This document shows, in pieces, positions 9,272 to 18,261 of a DNA stretch of 50,293 bases. The stretch comes from a virus (taxonomy: Duplodnaviria > Caudoviricetes), in IMG/VR virus record IMGVR_UViG_3300047409_000283, positions 1 to 50,293 of that record. One strand, written 5' to 3'. The notes under the pieces were generated by a model. That model was not told where the DNA came from and made no database searches. It was given only the letters and a program-made list of their open reading frames with translations. The translations under genes were made by a program, and so were the position numbers. Position 1 is the stretch's first letter; every line of letters starts with the position of its first letter.

Positions 9272-11185
9272 ATGGACTTCAAACCAATCCCGTTCAATGC
9301 GTTTGGCGCGAGCGAGATTCGTCTCAAAAACTATCTCCATGACAAAGTTATCTCATTACGTGATGGCTTAGTAAAGCTGCACGGTAACGATGGTGTGGTC
9401 AAATGGAGAAAGATGTACGAGGCGATTCCTGCTGAGGAGACACGTGAGTTCCCGTGGCATAATGCTAGTAACTTAGTTGTGCCGGTGGTTGCAATCCACA
9501 CCGACACATTACTAGCACGGGTGCTCTCTGCGATTCTTAAGACCAAACCGTATTGGGCTGTTCGAATGCTTGGTGACTACGCTAACACAGCACCTCCGGG
9601 TGAGCGTGATGCGTTGGAGGAGTTCCTTCAATACGTCGCGCTGGAACCGGAGGAGCTCGACTTGTACCGTGTTGAGCGGGAATGGTTTGCTGAAATCATT
9701 AAGCTGGGTACTGGCATTCTGAAAGTGCCGTGGTTAAAGACTGTTGAGGATGTCATGGCACCGGCCGGCGACGGTCTCGGTAGGCCGTCATGGGGCAAGA
9801 AAACAGTGTACGACGGCCCGCGCCCGGAGAAGCTTCGCTTTGAGGACTTCAAATATCCGGTGTATGAGCCAACACTGGAAGCGATGGATTTCAAGTATCA
9901 CATTGTCCACCTGCAAAAAGAACAACTCGAAGAGCGTGCGTTTCGACAGGTGTACAAGCAGGCTGCTGTGACGGAAATGCTTAAGTCGCCCGACCGTACA
10001 TCGCCTAGCCTGACTCAGTCACAGAACGAACAGTCTGCTAAAGTAGCAACGATACCTGGGTATGGCTACGCTGAGTGGGATGTGTGTGAGTGTCATTTCA
10101 AGTACCGTGTTGACGACAGTCACATCGCTCGTGTGATTGTGTCGTACCATGAGAAGTCCAGTCAGATTCTGCGGTCGTATTACCATTATTATCCGGGTGA
10201 GATATTCATCGCTGGGCGGCTGTTCTACCGTGATGATATGTTCCCCGGAATGGGATTCGCTGAGACGCTGGGTACGTTCCAAGAAGAGCTATCGCAGATA
10301 CACAACCAGCGCCGTGACAACATGACTATCGCCAACATGAAGGCGTTTCGTGTTGACCCCGATAGCAACTTGAACAAAGGTTACAGGATGTACCCGTCGG
10401 GTATGGTGCCCGGTAAGAAGGATGAGATCGAGCCTCTCGATATGGGTACACCAGTACAAGGTGAGATTGACTCCGAGAATTTGTCGATGAGCTTAGCTGA
10501 CCGTCGTAGTGGCGTAAGCCCGCCGATGCAAGGACAGGGTTCGGGAACGAACACCAAGCGTGGTATCTACACAGCGATGGGTACACTGTCTGTAATGCAG
10601 GAAGGCAACACCCGGACAGACTTGAACATTACTGACATCCGATATGCGCACACGAAAGTGGGTCGGTTACTGTGCAAGTTGTATGCTCAGTTCGGCATCG
10701 GTGACCGCGAGCTGATGTTCGGTGAACGCGGTAAGCAGATTAAAGATGCGCTCAACGCGATGCAATCTGGTAAGGTTGCGTTACCTGTTTACGCTGCGAC
10801 TTCGTCGGTGAACTTGGAGATTGAGAAACAGAACGACATGATGCTGATGAACATCAGCGAACGTTACCATCAAACCATCGCAGCGATGTTGCAAGCTATT
10901 AGCAGTCCGATGACACCGGAGCCAATACGCAAGTACACAGAGAAAGCTGTCATGGCTGCGAACGCGCTGATGCAGTCTGTATTCCGTCATTTCGGCCACG
11001 ATGAGGTCGACCGACTTGCTCCTAAACCGGATGTTGAGCCGGCACCTTCAGCAAGTGCAGGTGCTCCGTCAGGTGGGGGCGCGCCGGGTCAGGCGCCGCC
11101 TGGGGGCGGAACGCAGCCGTCTGGCCCGGTTGATCCTCAATTGTTACAACAGATGTTGGCTGGTGGAGGAGGTAAGCCTCAGTAA
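9272..11185 (+). CDS. Portal protein (podovirus/P22-like)
   Basis: 637 aa, after terL; PWHNASNLVVP, IIKLGTGILKVPW and GMGFAETLGTFQEELSQIHNQRRDN motifs; Pro/Gln-rich tail. Confidence 0.88.
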   Translation: MDFKPIPFNAFGASEIRLKNYLHDKVISLRDGLVKLHGNDGVVKWRKMYEAIPAEETREFPWHNASNLVVPVVAIHTDTLLARVLSAILKTKPYWAVRMLGDYANTAPPGERDALEEFLQYVALEPEELDLYRVEREWFAEIIKLGTGILKVPWLKTVEDVMAPAGDGLGRPSWGKKTVYDGPRPEKLRFEDFKYPVYEPTLEAMDFKYHIVHLQKEQLEERAFRQVYKQAAVTEMLKSPDRTSPSLTQSQNEQSAKVATIPGYGYAEWDVCECHFKYRVDDSHIARVIVSYHEKSSQILRSYYHYYPGEIFIAGRLFYRDDMFPGMGFAETLGTFQEELSQIHNQRRDNMTIANMKAFRVDPDSNLNKGYRMYPSGMVPGKKDEIEPLDMGTPVQGEIDSENLSMSLADRRSGVSPPMQGQGSGTNTKRGIYTAMGTLSVMQEGNTRTDLNITDIRYAHTKVGRLLCKLYAQFGIGDRELMFGERGKQIKDALNAMQSGKVALPVYAATSSVNLEIEKQNDMMLMNISERYHQTIAAMLQAISSPMTPEPIRKYTEKAVMAANALMQSVFRHFGHDEVDRLAPKPDVEPAPSASAGAPSGGGAPGQAPPGGGTQPSGPVDPQLLQQMLAGGGGKPQ

Positions 11186-11412
11186 TGTTTGAAACTATTT
11201 ACAGCGAAGCCGAGGTGAATCGGGAGTGGCTCAAGCGCGCTCCGTCGTCGTACAAGCAATGGCTGCGTGAGCTACGTGACTCAGAGATCAAAACGTTGAA
11301 AAACTCCGAGAATATCGTCATGGTGCATCGCGCGCAGGGTCGATTGGATCTAATCGACCGCTTGATCAATCTCGAAAAAGACCTTGAAAAACAACCGAAG
11401 GGAGTACAATAA
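11185..11412 (+). CDS. Small conserved-type protein between portal and scaffold
   Basis: Coupled TAATG overlaps at both ends; VHRAQGRLDLIDRL helix. Confidence 0.65.
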   Translation: MFETIYSEAEVNREWLKRAPSSYKQWLRELRDSEIKTLKNSENIVMVHRAQGRLDLIDRLINLEKDLEKQPKGVQ

Positions 11413-12137
11413 TGCTGTGGGGAAAGAAAGACGAAGAACTTCCAGAAGCGCTGCGTGGTAAAACACCGGAGCAGATTGCTGATGCTCTGAACAAAGCCGC
11501 TCAGCTTGAGCAGCAGGTCACGGACTTAACGTCTGCAAAGACTACTGCGGAAACAACAGTAACTCAGTTACGCTCTGAGTTTGACACCGTGAAATCCAAG
11601 TTGGATGAAATGGAAGCCAACGCTCAGCCAAAGACGCCGCCGACCGTTAACGAGCCACCGTCGATTTGGACTGATCCTCAGGCGTATGTACAGGATCAGA
11701 CCAAAGACACACAGAACATCGCGTTGATGTCGGGTATGATGTCAGCAAAGATGTACGCTCGTCAGGGACTCGGAGAGCGTGACGCGAAGATCTGGCGCAA
11801 GTACGAGAAGGAAATCGACGGCACGATGAACGGTTTCACACCTCAACAGAAGGTATTACCACAGTCGTGGTTGTTGGCGCTGACACTGGTTAAGGGTCAA
11901 CACGAGCAAGAAATCGCGCAAGCGGAACGCGATGGTAATGACTTCTTCAGTGAAGGCCCGTCACGTGGCGCCGCGCCGCCGCCCCCGACGGAGGACAAAC
12001 TCACGCCAGAGGAAGAGGAAGCCTGTCGTACCTTCCACTGGGATCCAAAAGGTTATCTGGCCCGTAAGAAACAGATGCGGGTTAATCAATCTGAGAAGGG
12101 AGGCTACGCTAGTTTCCCAGTACCACAGCGTAGCTAG
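11412..12137 (+). CDS. Capsid scaffolding protein (probable)
   Basis: Acidic coiled coil with C-terminal KLTPEEEEAC..F..DPKGY helix; position between portal and capsid. Confidence 0.7.
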   Translation: MLWGKKDEELPEALRGKTPEQIADALNKAAQLEQQVTDLTSAKTTAETTVTQLRSEFDTVKSKLDEMEANAQPKTPPTVNEPPSIWTDPQAYVQDQTKDTQNIALMSGMMSAKMYARQGLGERDAKIWRKYEKEIDGTMNGFTPQQKVLPQSWLLALTLVKGQHEQEIAQAERDGNDFFSEGPSRGAAPPPPTEDKLTPEEEEACRTFHWDPKGYLARKKQMRVNQSEKGGYASFPVPQRS

Positions 12138-12147
12138 GTGAATTCAA

Positions 12148-12741
12148 ATGGCTGAGCAGCAAGAACGTATTCCAACGATGGTTAACCCGATACCAGCTGA
12201 CCCCAATCCAGGACGGATCACCGCGCCGGAGCTCGACGACGCGATCATTGCTCGTCCGCTGGTGTCGCCTGATTTCACCAACCCGGAGCCGAAAGACCCA
12301 AACGTCCAGTTCCGCTGGATTGAATTCAAGGCGCGTGATGGCTTTCGCTTTCAACAGTGTCTCACACAGGGCTTCAAAGTGGCAACGATTCAGGACTTGA
12401 AACATCCTGAGAAATTCGCCGTGTACGCTAAGGAAGCCGGGACGAAGTTCATCAACGGTGATGTCATCTTGATGAAGATCGACAAGGGTCGGTATCTCGG
12501 TGCGTTGAAGCATCGCTATCTGAGAACACAAGCGATGACCGATCCTGCTGTTGCACGTGCTGTTTCACAGGCGTCAGCGGATCAAGAACTCAAATCGATG
12601 TCGAAAGGCAAGATGTCAGCCTTCGCACCGGAGGCCGCCGACTTGAGCAAGACGGGAGTCAACATCAACCAGATACCGGGAGTCGGTGGCACGCCCGGAG
12701 TTGAGAAGGCTACGGGAACCGACATCCGTAGCGGTAAATAA
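12148..12741 (+). CDS. Hypothetical head-module protein
   Basis: ORF in head operon; QFRWI...GFKV...GDVILMKI pattern resembles proteins found upstream of similar capsid genes. Confidence 0.65.
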   Translation: MAEQQERIPTMVNPIPADPNPGRITAPELDDAIIARPLVSPDFTNPEPKDPNVQFRWIEFKARDGFRFQQCLTQGFKVATIQDLKHPEKFAVYAKEAGTKFINGDVILMKIDKGRYLGALKHRYLRTQAMTDPAVARAVSQASADQELKSMSKGKMSAFAPEAADLSKTGVNINQIPGVGGTPGVEKATGTDIRSGK

Positions 12742-12782
12742 CACGTAAGACGCAGTAAATCAATCCGAAGGGAGCATAGCAA

Positions 12783-13328
12783 ATGGCAACGGCCTTGCAG
12801 CAAAGCAGAAACACTGTATCAGGCAATCAGCCCCGTATGCAGCGTTTGATTGAGGATTCCGGACAGACCTTCAAGTCCGGCACTCCTCTTCAAATCCACA
12901 GCACCAACGGGGCATTGAAAGCCTGGGACGGTGTCACCGTAAGTGCCGGGATTGCGGGTGTTAGCAAGGAGTTCGGTGCTAACCTGGCGGTCGCCGGCAC
13001 GGCGCAGCAACAGACGTTTGGCTCAGTTCAAAACGAGTCAGCGGCTGCAAACTACAGCCGACCTTATTTCAACGATGGCAAGACTGGCATCGAGGTCGCC
13101 AATCAAGACACTGTGTTTTACGGTCAAGTTGGGCCAGCACAGACCACTGCTGCATCAGACATCGGGGTGCAGTATGGTATGACCATTGACTCAGATGGCC
13201 ATTGGTACGTGGACAAAACCAAGACCGGCGCCTCGGCAGTTTGCGAGATCGTTGGTTTGGATCAATGGGACACAACCCGTGGTGTGTTGTTTGTGTTCCT
13301 GCCGTCAGCATCACAGATCGTAGCATAA
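12783..13328 (+). CDS. Capsid decoration/cement protein (probable)
   Basis: GGGAG RBS; small beta-rich Gly/Ala protein directly upstream of the major capsid gene. Confidence 0.6.
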   Translation: MATALQQSRNTVSGNQPRMQRLIEDSGQTFKSGTPLQIHSTNGALKAWDGVTVSAGIAGVSKEFGANLAVAGTAQQQTFGSVQNESAAANYSRPYFNDGKTGIEVANQDTVFYGQVGPAQTTAASDIGVQYGMTIDSDGHWYVDKTKTGASAVCEIVGLDQWDTTRGVLFVFLPSASQIVA

Positions 13329-13371
13329 CACTGGCCTCGGCTAGTGATCTCTTTAAGGGAGGGTAACTACC

Positions 13372-14322
13372 ATGATGGTTCGAGGCCAATACTTTCAGTT
13401 GATGGCCAGCGGCCTGCATGACCTGTTCGTTCAGTTCCTTGACCTCAAGCAACGGGACGAGGAGTACACGTACTTGGCTAACGTCGAGGAGTCCGACGCG
13501 GCATTCGAAGACGAAGTCGAGTTCGCCGGCCTCGGGCCGATGGTTCCCAAACTGGAAGGTACTGCGGTGCAGTACCAAGACATCATCCAGGGTGGCTCGA
13601 AGCGTTACATCCATACACCGTGGGCGCTCGGCGTCAGAGCAAGCTGGGAGTTGATCAAAGACGACCAGTACAAGCTCATCAACCAAGCACCGAAGTGTCT
13701 AGCGCGCAGCGCGGTGTTCGTGCGTGAAATGCAGTTTTGGAATCTGTTGAACCTTGGTTTCACGACCACGGTAACGCAGGACGGTGTCAGTTTGTTCAAC
13801 ACGCAGCATCCACTGTTGGGTGGTGTGTCAGCAACAAACATTGGGCCGGGCGTAGCCGGTATCATATCGGCTGCAGGCACGTATCCCAATCGGCCGGCGA
13901 CTGACGTTGATCTGTCATTCACCGCGATCCAAAATGCCATCAACGAGTTCGAGCGCATGATTGATGGTCAAGGTCTGCCGATCGTGAGCAGACCGAAGTA
14001 CTTGGTCATCCCACCGGAGCTCAAATGGATCGCACGTGAGATCCTCGGCTCGCCACACAAACCATACACCGCGGATAACGAGATCAACTCGTTGATCAAG
14101 GAAGACTTGATGTACTTTGTCGGACACTATCTGACGGGTGCAACGCCGTGGTTCCTGATTGGTGAGAAAGACCAGCACACACTGAAGTTCATCAACCGCG
14201 AGTCTTTAGAAGAGGATTTCGCTGATGACTTCGACACCCGCTCGATCAAGCAGATCGCGACCATGAGATTCTCAACGGGCGCGACAAACTGGATCGGCAC
14301 TTGGGGCTCCAACGGGCCATAG
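13372..14322 (+). CDS. Major capsid protein (HK97 fold, Mu gpT-like)
   Basis: Strong RBS; SDAAFEDEVEFAGLG..K.EG, DGVSLFNTQHP, PKYLVIPPEL and R.S.GA..W.G.WGSNG patterns. Confidence 0.9.
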   Translation: MMVRGQYFQLMASGLHDLFVQFLDLKQRDEEYTYLANVEESDAAFEDEVEFAGLGPMVPKLEGTAVQYQDIIQGGSKRYIHTPWALGVRASWELIKDDQYKLINQAPKCLARSAVFVREMQFWNLLNLGFTTTVTQDGVSLFNTQHPLLGGVSATNIGPGVAGIISAAGTYPNRPATDVDLSFTAIQNAINEFERMIDGQGLPIVSRPKYLVIPPELKWIAREILGSPHKPYTADNEINSLIKEDLMYFVGHYLTGATPWFLIGEKDQHTLKFINRESLEEDFADDFDTRSIKQIATMRFSTGATNWIGTWGSNGP

Positions 14323-14332
14323 GCTGCGCGTA

Positions 14333-14351
14333 GTGTTGCGTAGCACAACAC
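14333..14351. promoter_or_regulatory. GTGTTG-N7-CAACAC palindromic box (family A)
   Basis: GTGTTG cgtagca CAACAC between the capsid stop and the next RBS. Confidence 0.6.
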
Positions 14352-14366
14352 AAAGAGGAGAGTAGC

Positions 14367-15059
14367 ATGAAGCGATGTCTTGCTTTGGTAACACTGGTGT
14401 TGGCGCTGTGTTTGGGTGTCAGCGCACAGAACACGTTTACTCAGGCTGGTGTGCTGAGTGCGTCGGGTGCGGTGGCAAACGGCGGTGCGTTTGAGAACTC
14501 GGTAGCACAAACGCATATCTTGACGTGGACGGATGTCGCAACTGTATCGGCTTGCACGGTGCAGTTGGAGACGTCTACGGATGACGTGACGTACACCTTG
14601 ATGACCGGCTCTGCCGCTCAGACGTGTACGTCTTCGGGGTTCTACAACTTTTCAGGTGTTGCTGCTAAGTACGTTAGGGTGAATTTCACTGCTCTGACGG
14701 TATCTGGCAGCGGTACAGTGTCGTGGACTTACAGTGCTTTACCCGCTTCGACGAAGTCGTCCGGAACACCTTATGTGTCGTTCTGCGGCGCGACGTCTGG
14801 CGGTACGGCGAACTGTGCCAATGTCAATCCTGGAACAAACGCTCACATCATTGGGGGCTCGGCTACGTTAGCGTCGAACGCTTCGGTGATTACGTTTGCG
14901 CCGGGATTCACTAGCACAGCGACGTTTACGTGTGTCGGTAACGACATCACAACGCGGGCTAACCCAGTGCAGGTGGCGCTGACGTCGGCTACATCGGTGA
15001 CCATCACGAACACCACGGGTGCGTCTGACGTCATCCAATGGGTGTGCGTCGGGTACTAA
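14367..15059 (+). CDS. Secreted capsid-associated fibre/decoration candidate
   Basis: GAGGAG RBS; signal peptide MKRCLALVTLVLALCLGVSA|Q; N-domain similar to that of 47893..49710; C-terminal ITFAPGFTS...C...V....TSVTIT....DVIQWVCVG fibre-tip-like pattern. Confidence 0.75.
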   Translation: MKRCLALVTLVLALCLGVSAQNTFTQAGVLSASGAVANGGAFENSVAQTHILTWTDVATVSACTVQLETSTDDVTYTLMTGSAAQTCTSSGFYNFSGVAAKYVRVNFTALTVSGSGTVSWTYSALPASTKSSGTPYVSFCGATSGGTANCANVNPGTNAHIIGGSATLASNASVITFAPGFTSTATFTCVGNDITTRANPVQVALTSATSVTITNTTGASDVIQWVCVGY

Positions 15060-15083
15060 ATAAGCGAGTAAGGAGGTGTTGTA

Positions 15084-15344
15084 ATGCCGATGCAATCACA
15101 TAGCGGATGGACTGGAATACCGTGGCATATGTGTGACTGTCATCAAAAACCATATCCAGTCTCACAACTACGGCGGCAGGATGGACTGATCGTTTGTCAA
15201 GTGGGCTTCGACAACCCACAGCGGACACGCACCGTTGACCGACGACAGTCCATCATTACCGCCCGACTCAGCGACCCGGAGCAGGAGCCCGAGTTGGCTG
15301 ATATACTCAAGAACGAACAGGACAACACAGGAGAATACGCCTAA
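15084..15344 (+). CDS. Small Cys-containing head/tail-region protein
   Basis: AAGGAGG RBS; CDCH..YP..QL..QDGLIVC...DNPQ. Confidence 0.65.
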   Translation: MPMQSHSGWTGIPWHMCDCHQKPYPVSQLRRQDGLIVCQVGFDNPQRTRTVDRRQSIITARLSDPEQEPELADILKNEQDNTGEYA

Positions 15345-15559
15345 TGCCTCTATCATTTGCAACTCCACTTTCAGCGACACTGACTCGTTTTAGAGGGCCG
15401 GTGTTGGTTGGCAGATCGATCACCGCCGCGCAGCAACAGGCGTTGGATGCTATCACATTGACGGCTGGTGATCAACCATTACTGGCTGTCATCGGCAATG
15501 ACACCAATCCGCATATTGTCGTACTAACGTCAGGCAACGCACTAGCGGTGCGTTCGTAA
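15344..15559 (+). CDS. Hypothetical protein
   Basis: TAATG coupling at both ends, GGAG RBS. Confidence 0.6.
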   Translation: MPLSFATPLSATLTRFRGPVLVGRSITAAQQQALDAITLTAGDQPLLAVIGNDTNPHIVVLTSGNALAVRS

Positions 15560-15942
15560 TGTGGCGATACGAACAAGCATCGGGTAAACTGCTTAACTAC
15601 GCCGATGATGTCGTGGGGGTTGGTTACTCTGGCTTCGGCAATGGTAAGAACAACCCAGCAGCGGAATCCACATCGGATGTCGGGCCAATTCCTTGTGGGC
15701 TGTACACGATTGAGCCGCCGCACGACTCGCAGACACACGGCCCTTTTGTTCTCGCGTTGACACCGGACGCGACGAACGAAATGTTTGGACGCAGCGCGTT
15801 TTTGATGCACGGTGACAATGTCCACAAACCAGGGACGGCGTCGTTGGGTTGTGTTATCATGCCGCGCGCGATACGTGAGGAAGTCTGGAAGAGCGACGAC
15901 CACACACTGGAGGTCGTAAATGGCCTTACGGATAGTGATTGA
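15559..15942 (+). CDS. Tlde1/DUF2778 L,D-transpeptidase-fold peptidoglycan enzyme (candidate lysin)
   Basis: GYSG..GKNNP...GPIPCG.Y.I, GRSAFLMHGD and ASLGC catalytic His/Cys motif. Confidence 0.85.
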   Translation: MWRYEQASGKLLNYADDVVGVGYSGFGNGKNNPAAESTSDVGPIPCGLYTIEPPHDSQTHGPFVLALTPDATNEMFGRSAFLMHGDNVHKPGTASLGCVIMPRAIREEVWKSDDHTLEVVNGLTDSD

Positions 15943-16303
15943 AACCATACCGCATGATCAGCAACGTTACGATACCGTAGGTGATTGGTATCTCGGTGCG
16001 GATGCGACGTGGCATATTAAAGTCAGCGCAATGGATGACTGGCGACACGAAGCATTGGTTGCCATCCACGAACTCGCTGAAATGGCAATGTGTTTGCAAG
16101 ACGGTGTATCGCAGAGCGTTGTGGATGATTTCGACAAAGCATTCGAAGAACATCGTCCTGCTGGAAGCACCGCCGAGCCAGGTGACTGTGTCGATGCTCC
16201 TTACGCAGTGCAGCATGGTATCGCGTCAGGTATTGAACGTGCTGTAGCAACGGTGTTAGGTGTTGATTGGAACGTGTACAATGACGAAGTCAATGCACTT
16301 TAA
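15920..16303 (+). CDS. Putative zincin-like metalloprotein (HExxE)
   Basis: AIHELAE plus downstream APYAVQH..A..IE. Confidence 0.55.
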   Translation: MALRIVIETIPHDQQRYDTVGDWYLGADATWHIKVSAMDDWRHEALVAIHELAEMAMCLQDGVSQSVVDDFDKAFEEHRPAGSTAEPGDCVDAPYAVQHGIASGIERAVATVLGVDWNVYNDEVNAL

Positions 16304-17567
16304 GATCGTCTCGGAGACAGCAGATGGAATCGGATTCGCAGTGCGACTCAAAAACGCCGGTCACAGGGTTTCATGTTGGATACGTTCTACAGACGCGAAA
16401 AGCGTTGGGGATCGGCTCGTTGACAAAAGGGGCGACATTGACGATCTGGTTAGAGACATCTCAGATGGGGATGTGTTTCTCTTCGACGTCTCCGGGAACG
16501 GCCTTATCGCAGACGCTTTGCGTGAACGCGGATGCGCTGTCCTCGGTGGGTCAGGCTTAATGGATCGACTGGAACGCGATCGTGACTTCGGTTATGCCGT
16601 GATGGAGGAGTGCAAAATTGATGTACCTCAAACAGAGAGTTTTAACTCCTTCGCAGATGGCATTGATTTTGTGGAGTCGAATCCGGACGTCAGATGGGTC
16701 TACAAACCCTCGAAGCAGTTGGGTGACCTTTCGCCTAGCCACGTTTCATATGACACGGAGGACATGGTTCAGTTACTCACAAACATCGAGCAGGATGTGG
16801 ATATAAGTGATCCACAGTTTGAGTTGCAAGCCTTTGAAAAAGGTGTGGCGATGTCTACAGAGCTATGGTTTCAGAATGGTGAGTTCATAGCTCCGTTGAC
16901 CAATCACACGTTGGAACGCAAAGAGCTCATGAATGATGACCTAGGGCCGAGCGGAGGTTGTTTGGGGAACATCGTCTGGCTATGCGATGGATGTCCCATT
17001 TGTGATGTCGCGAAACGATTAGTACCGTGGTGCGAACAGCATCGTTATCATGGGATGTTGGATCTCAATGTTATCGTAGCCAAAGATACTGTGTATGGGT
17101 TGGAGTTCACCCCACGGTTTGGTTATGACGCTTCGCCAACATTCTTGATGGAGTTGGTACGGGGTGACCTAGGTGATTTCTTCAGCGATATAGCAAACAG
17201 TCGGCTGCGTGATGTTGACACTATTGATGACGCTTACGCTGGTGCAGTACGCGTCACGATACCGCCGTGGCCGACTGAAAAGTATCACGCTGAGGAAAAC
17301 GTACCGATCCGTGGCCTTGCGGCGAAAGACAAAGATGTGTATCTGTACAACGTGAAAGCCGACAAGGATAACGAGTTGGTCAGCGCCGGCGCGTGGGGTA
17401 TTCTGGCGTTGTTGACACATCGCGCGGGCACGGTGAACGGCGCGTTACGCGGCCCGCTGGAACGTTGTAAGGAACTGAAGATTAAGAACAAACAGTTCCG
17501 GACGGATTTGGCAACACAGTTCAATGCTGATCTAGCGAAGCTGGAGGTAATGAATGCCGTTTACTAA
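16281..17567 (+). CDS. PurD (GAR synthetase)-like ATP-grasp ligase
   Basis: LGGS..MDRLERDR.F, VYKP, K.LMNDDLGPSGGCLG (cf. PurD GD.GPNTGGMG), GMLDLN, LEFTPRFG (cf. EFN.RFG); start could be 16281 or 16293. Confidence 0.8.
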   Translation: MTKSMHFKIVSETADGIGFAVRLKNAGHRVSCWIRSTDAKSVGDRLVDKRGDIDDLVRDISDGDVFLFDVSGNGLIADALRERGCAVLGGSGLMDRLERDRDFGYAVMEECKIDVPQTESFNSFADGIDFVESNPDVRWVYKPSKQLGDLSPSHVSYDTEDMVQLLTNIEQDVDISDPQFELQAFEKGVAMSTELWFQNGEFIAPLTNHTLERKELMNDDLGPSGGCLGNIVWLCDGCPICDVAKRLVPWCEQHRYHGMLDLNVIVAKDTVYGLEFTPRFGYDASPTFLMELVRGDLGDFFSDIANSRLRDVDTIDDAYAGAVRVTIPPWPTEKYHAEENVPIRGLAAKDKDVYLYNVKADKDNELVSAGAWGILALLTHRAGTVNGALRGPLERCKELKIKNKQFRTDLATQFNADLAKLEVMNAVY

Positions 17568-18261
17568 TCTTTGGGATGATACGTTTCCGCCGGATACACA
17601 GCTTGCCAACCAACTGGGTCTGGACTTGCGTAACTTCCGTCTCGACGCACAACAGCGCATGGCTGCGATCAGTGGACTGGATGCAGCGAAGCCAGCGTTC
17701 GGTGCCGACACACAACCAGCGAACTGGAATGGTATTCTGTTCTTTGCGACGGACACTGGGAAGATCTATCAGTTTGCCAATCCGGTGTGGGTGGATGTCA
17801 CTGGAAGTTTCCAGATCAGTGGTACACGAAAAGTGTATCAAAATGCTACCTTAATCAATCATCTAGGTACTACTACACTTGATACGATTTATAATTTCGC
17901 GTTTACTCCTCTAGGAGCAGGTCAGTCATTGAGGGTCAAGTTTGCTTTTCGTGTTAATGGTCAGTCTGCACCGAGTAGTGAAGTTCAACTGTTTATGAAT
18001 GGTACCGCGTTGAATTTGGCTATTGAAAGTTGGGGGTCTCCACAACTAAATACAACAATTCAGATAGAGGTTTTAGTGTGTGCAAGCACTCCTACAACGG
18101 CAATGATGTTGTTAAAGATGGATTTCCAAACCGGGCCTCCAATTATAGTGGTAAGTTCAGCACCAAACGGTGGAGGTTATCCGAATTTCACAGTGAAATG
18201 TAAGAGTGGTACTAATACTGATGCACAGGGGTTTGGCCCGATTCTAGCAGAGGTCGTCTAA
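17554..18261 (+). CDS. Tail-associated/short fibre-like protein
   Basis: GGAGG RBS; N-terminal WDDTFP...LGLDLRNF, GILFFATDTGKIY; AT-rich 3' half. Confidence 0.55.
   Translation: MPFTNLWDDTFPPDTQLANQLGLDLRNFRLDAQQRMAAISGLDAAKPAFGADTQPANWNGILFFATDTGKIYQFANPVWVDVTGSFQISGTRKVYQNATLINHLGTTTLDTIYNFAFTPLGAGQSLRVKFAFRVNGQSAPSSEVQLFMNGTALNLAIESWGSPQLNTTIQIEVLVCASTPTTAMMLLKMDFQTGPPIIVVSSAPNGGGYPNFTVKCKSGTNTDAQGFGPILAEVV

Noticed and set aside
13069-13686. Long antisense ORFs (for example 13069..13686, 40072..40674, 29501..30022)
   Set aside because: Shadow frames opposite well-supported genes; no RBS or motifs
16281-17567. PurZ / 2-aminoadenine (Z-genome) pathway suggested by a pur-like gene with MazG and PolA
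   Set aside because: The protein is ATP-grasp PurD-like, not PurA-like; no DatZ-like HD phosphohydrolase seen
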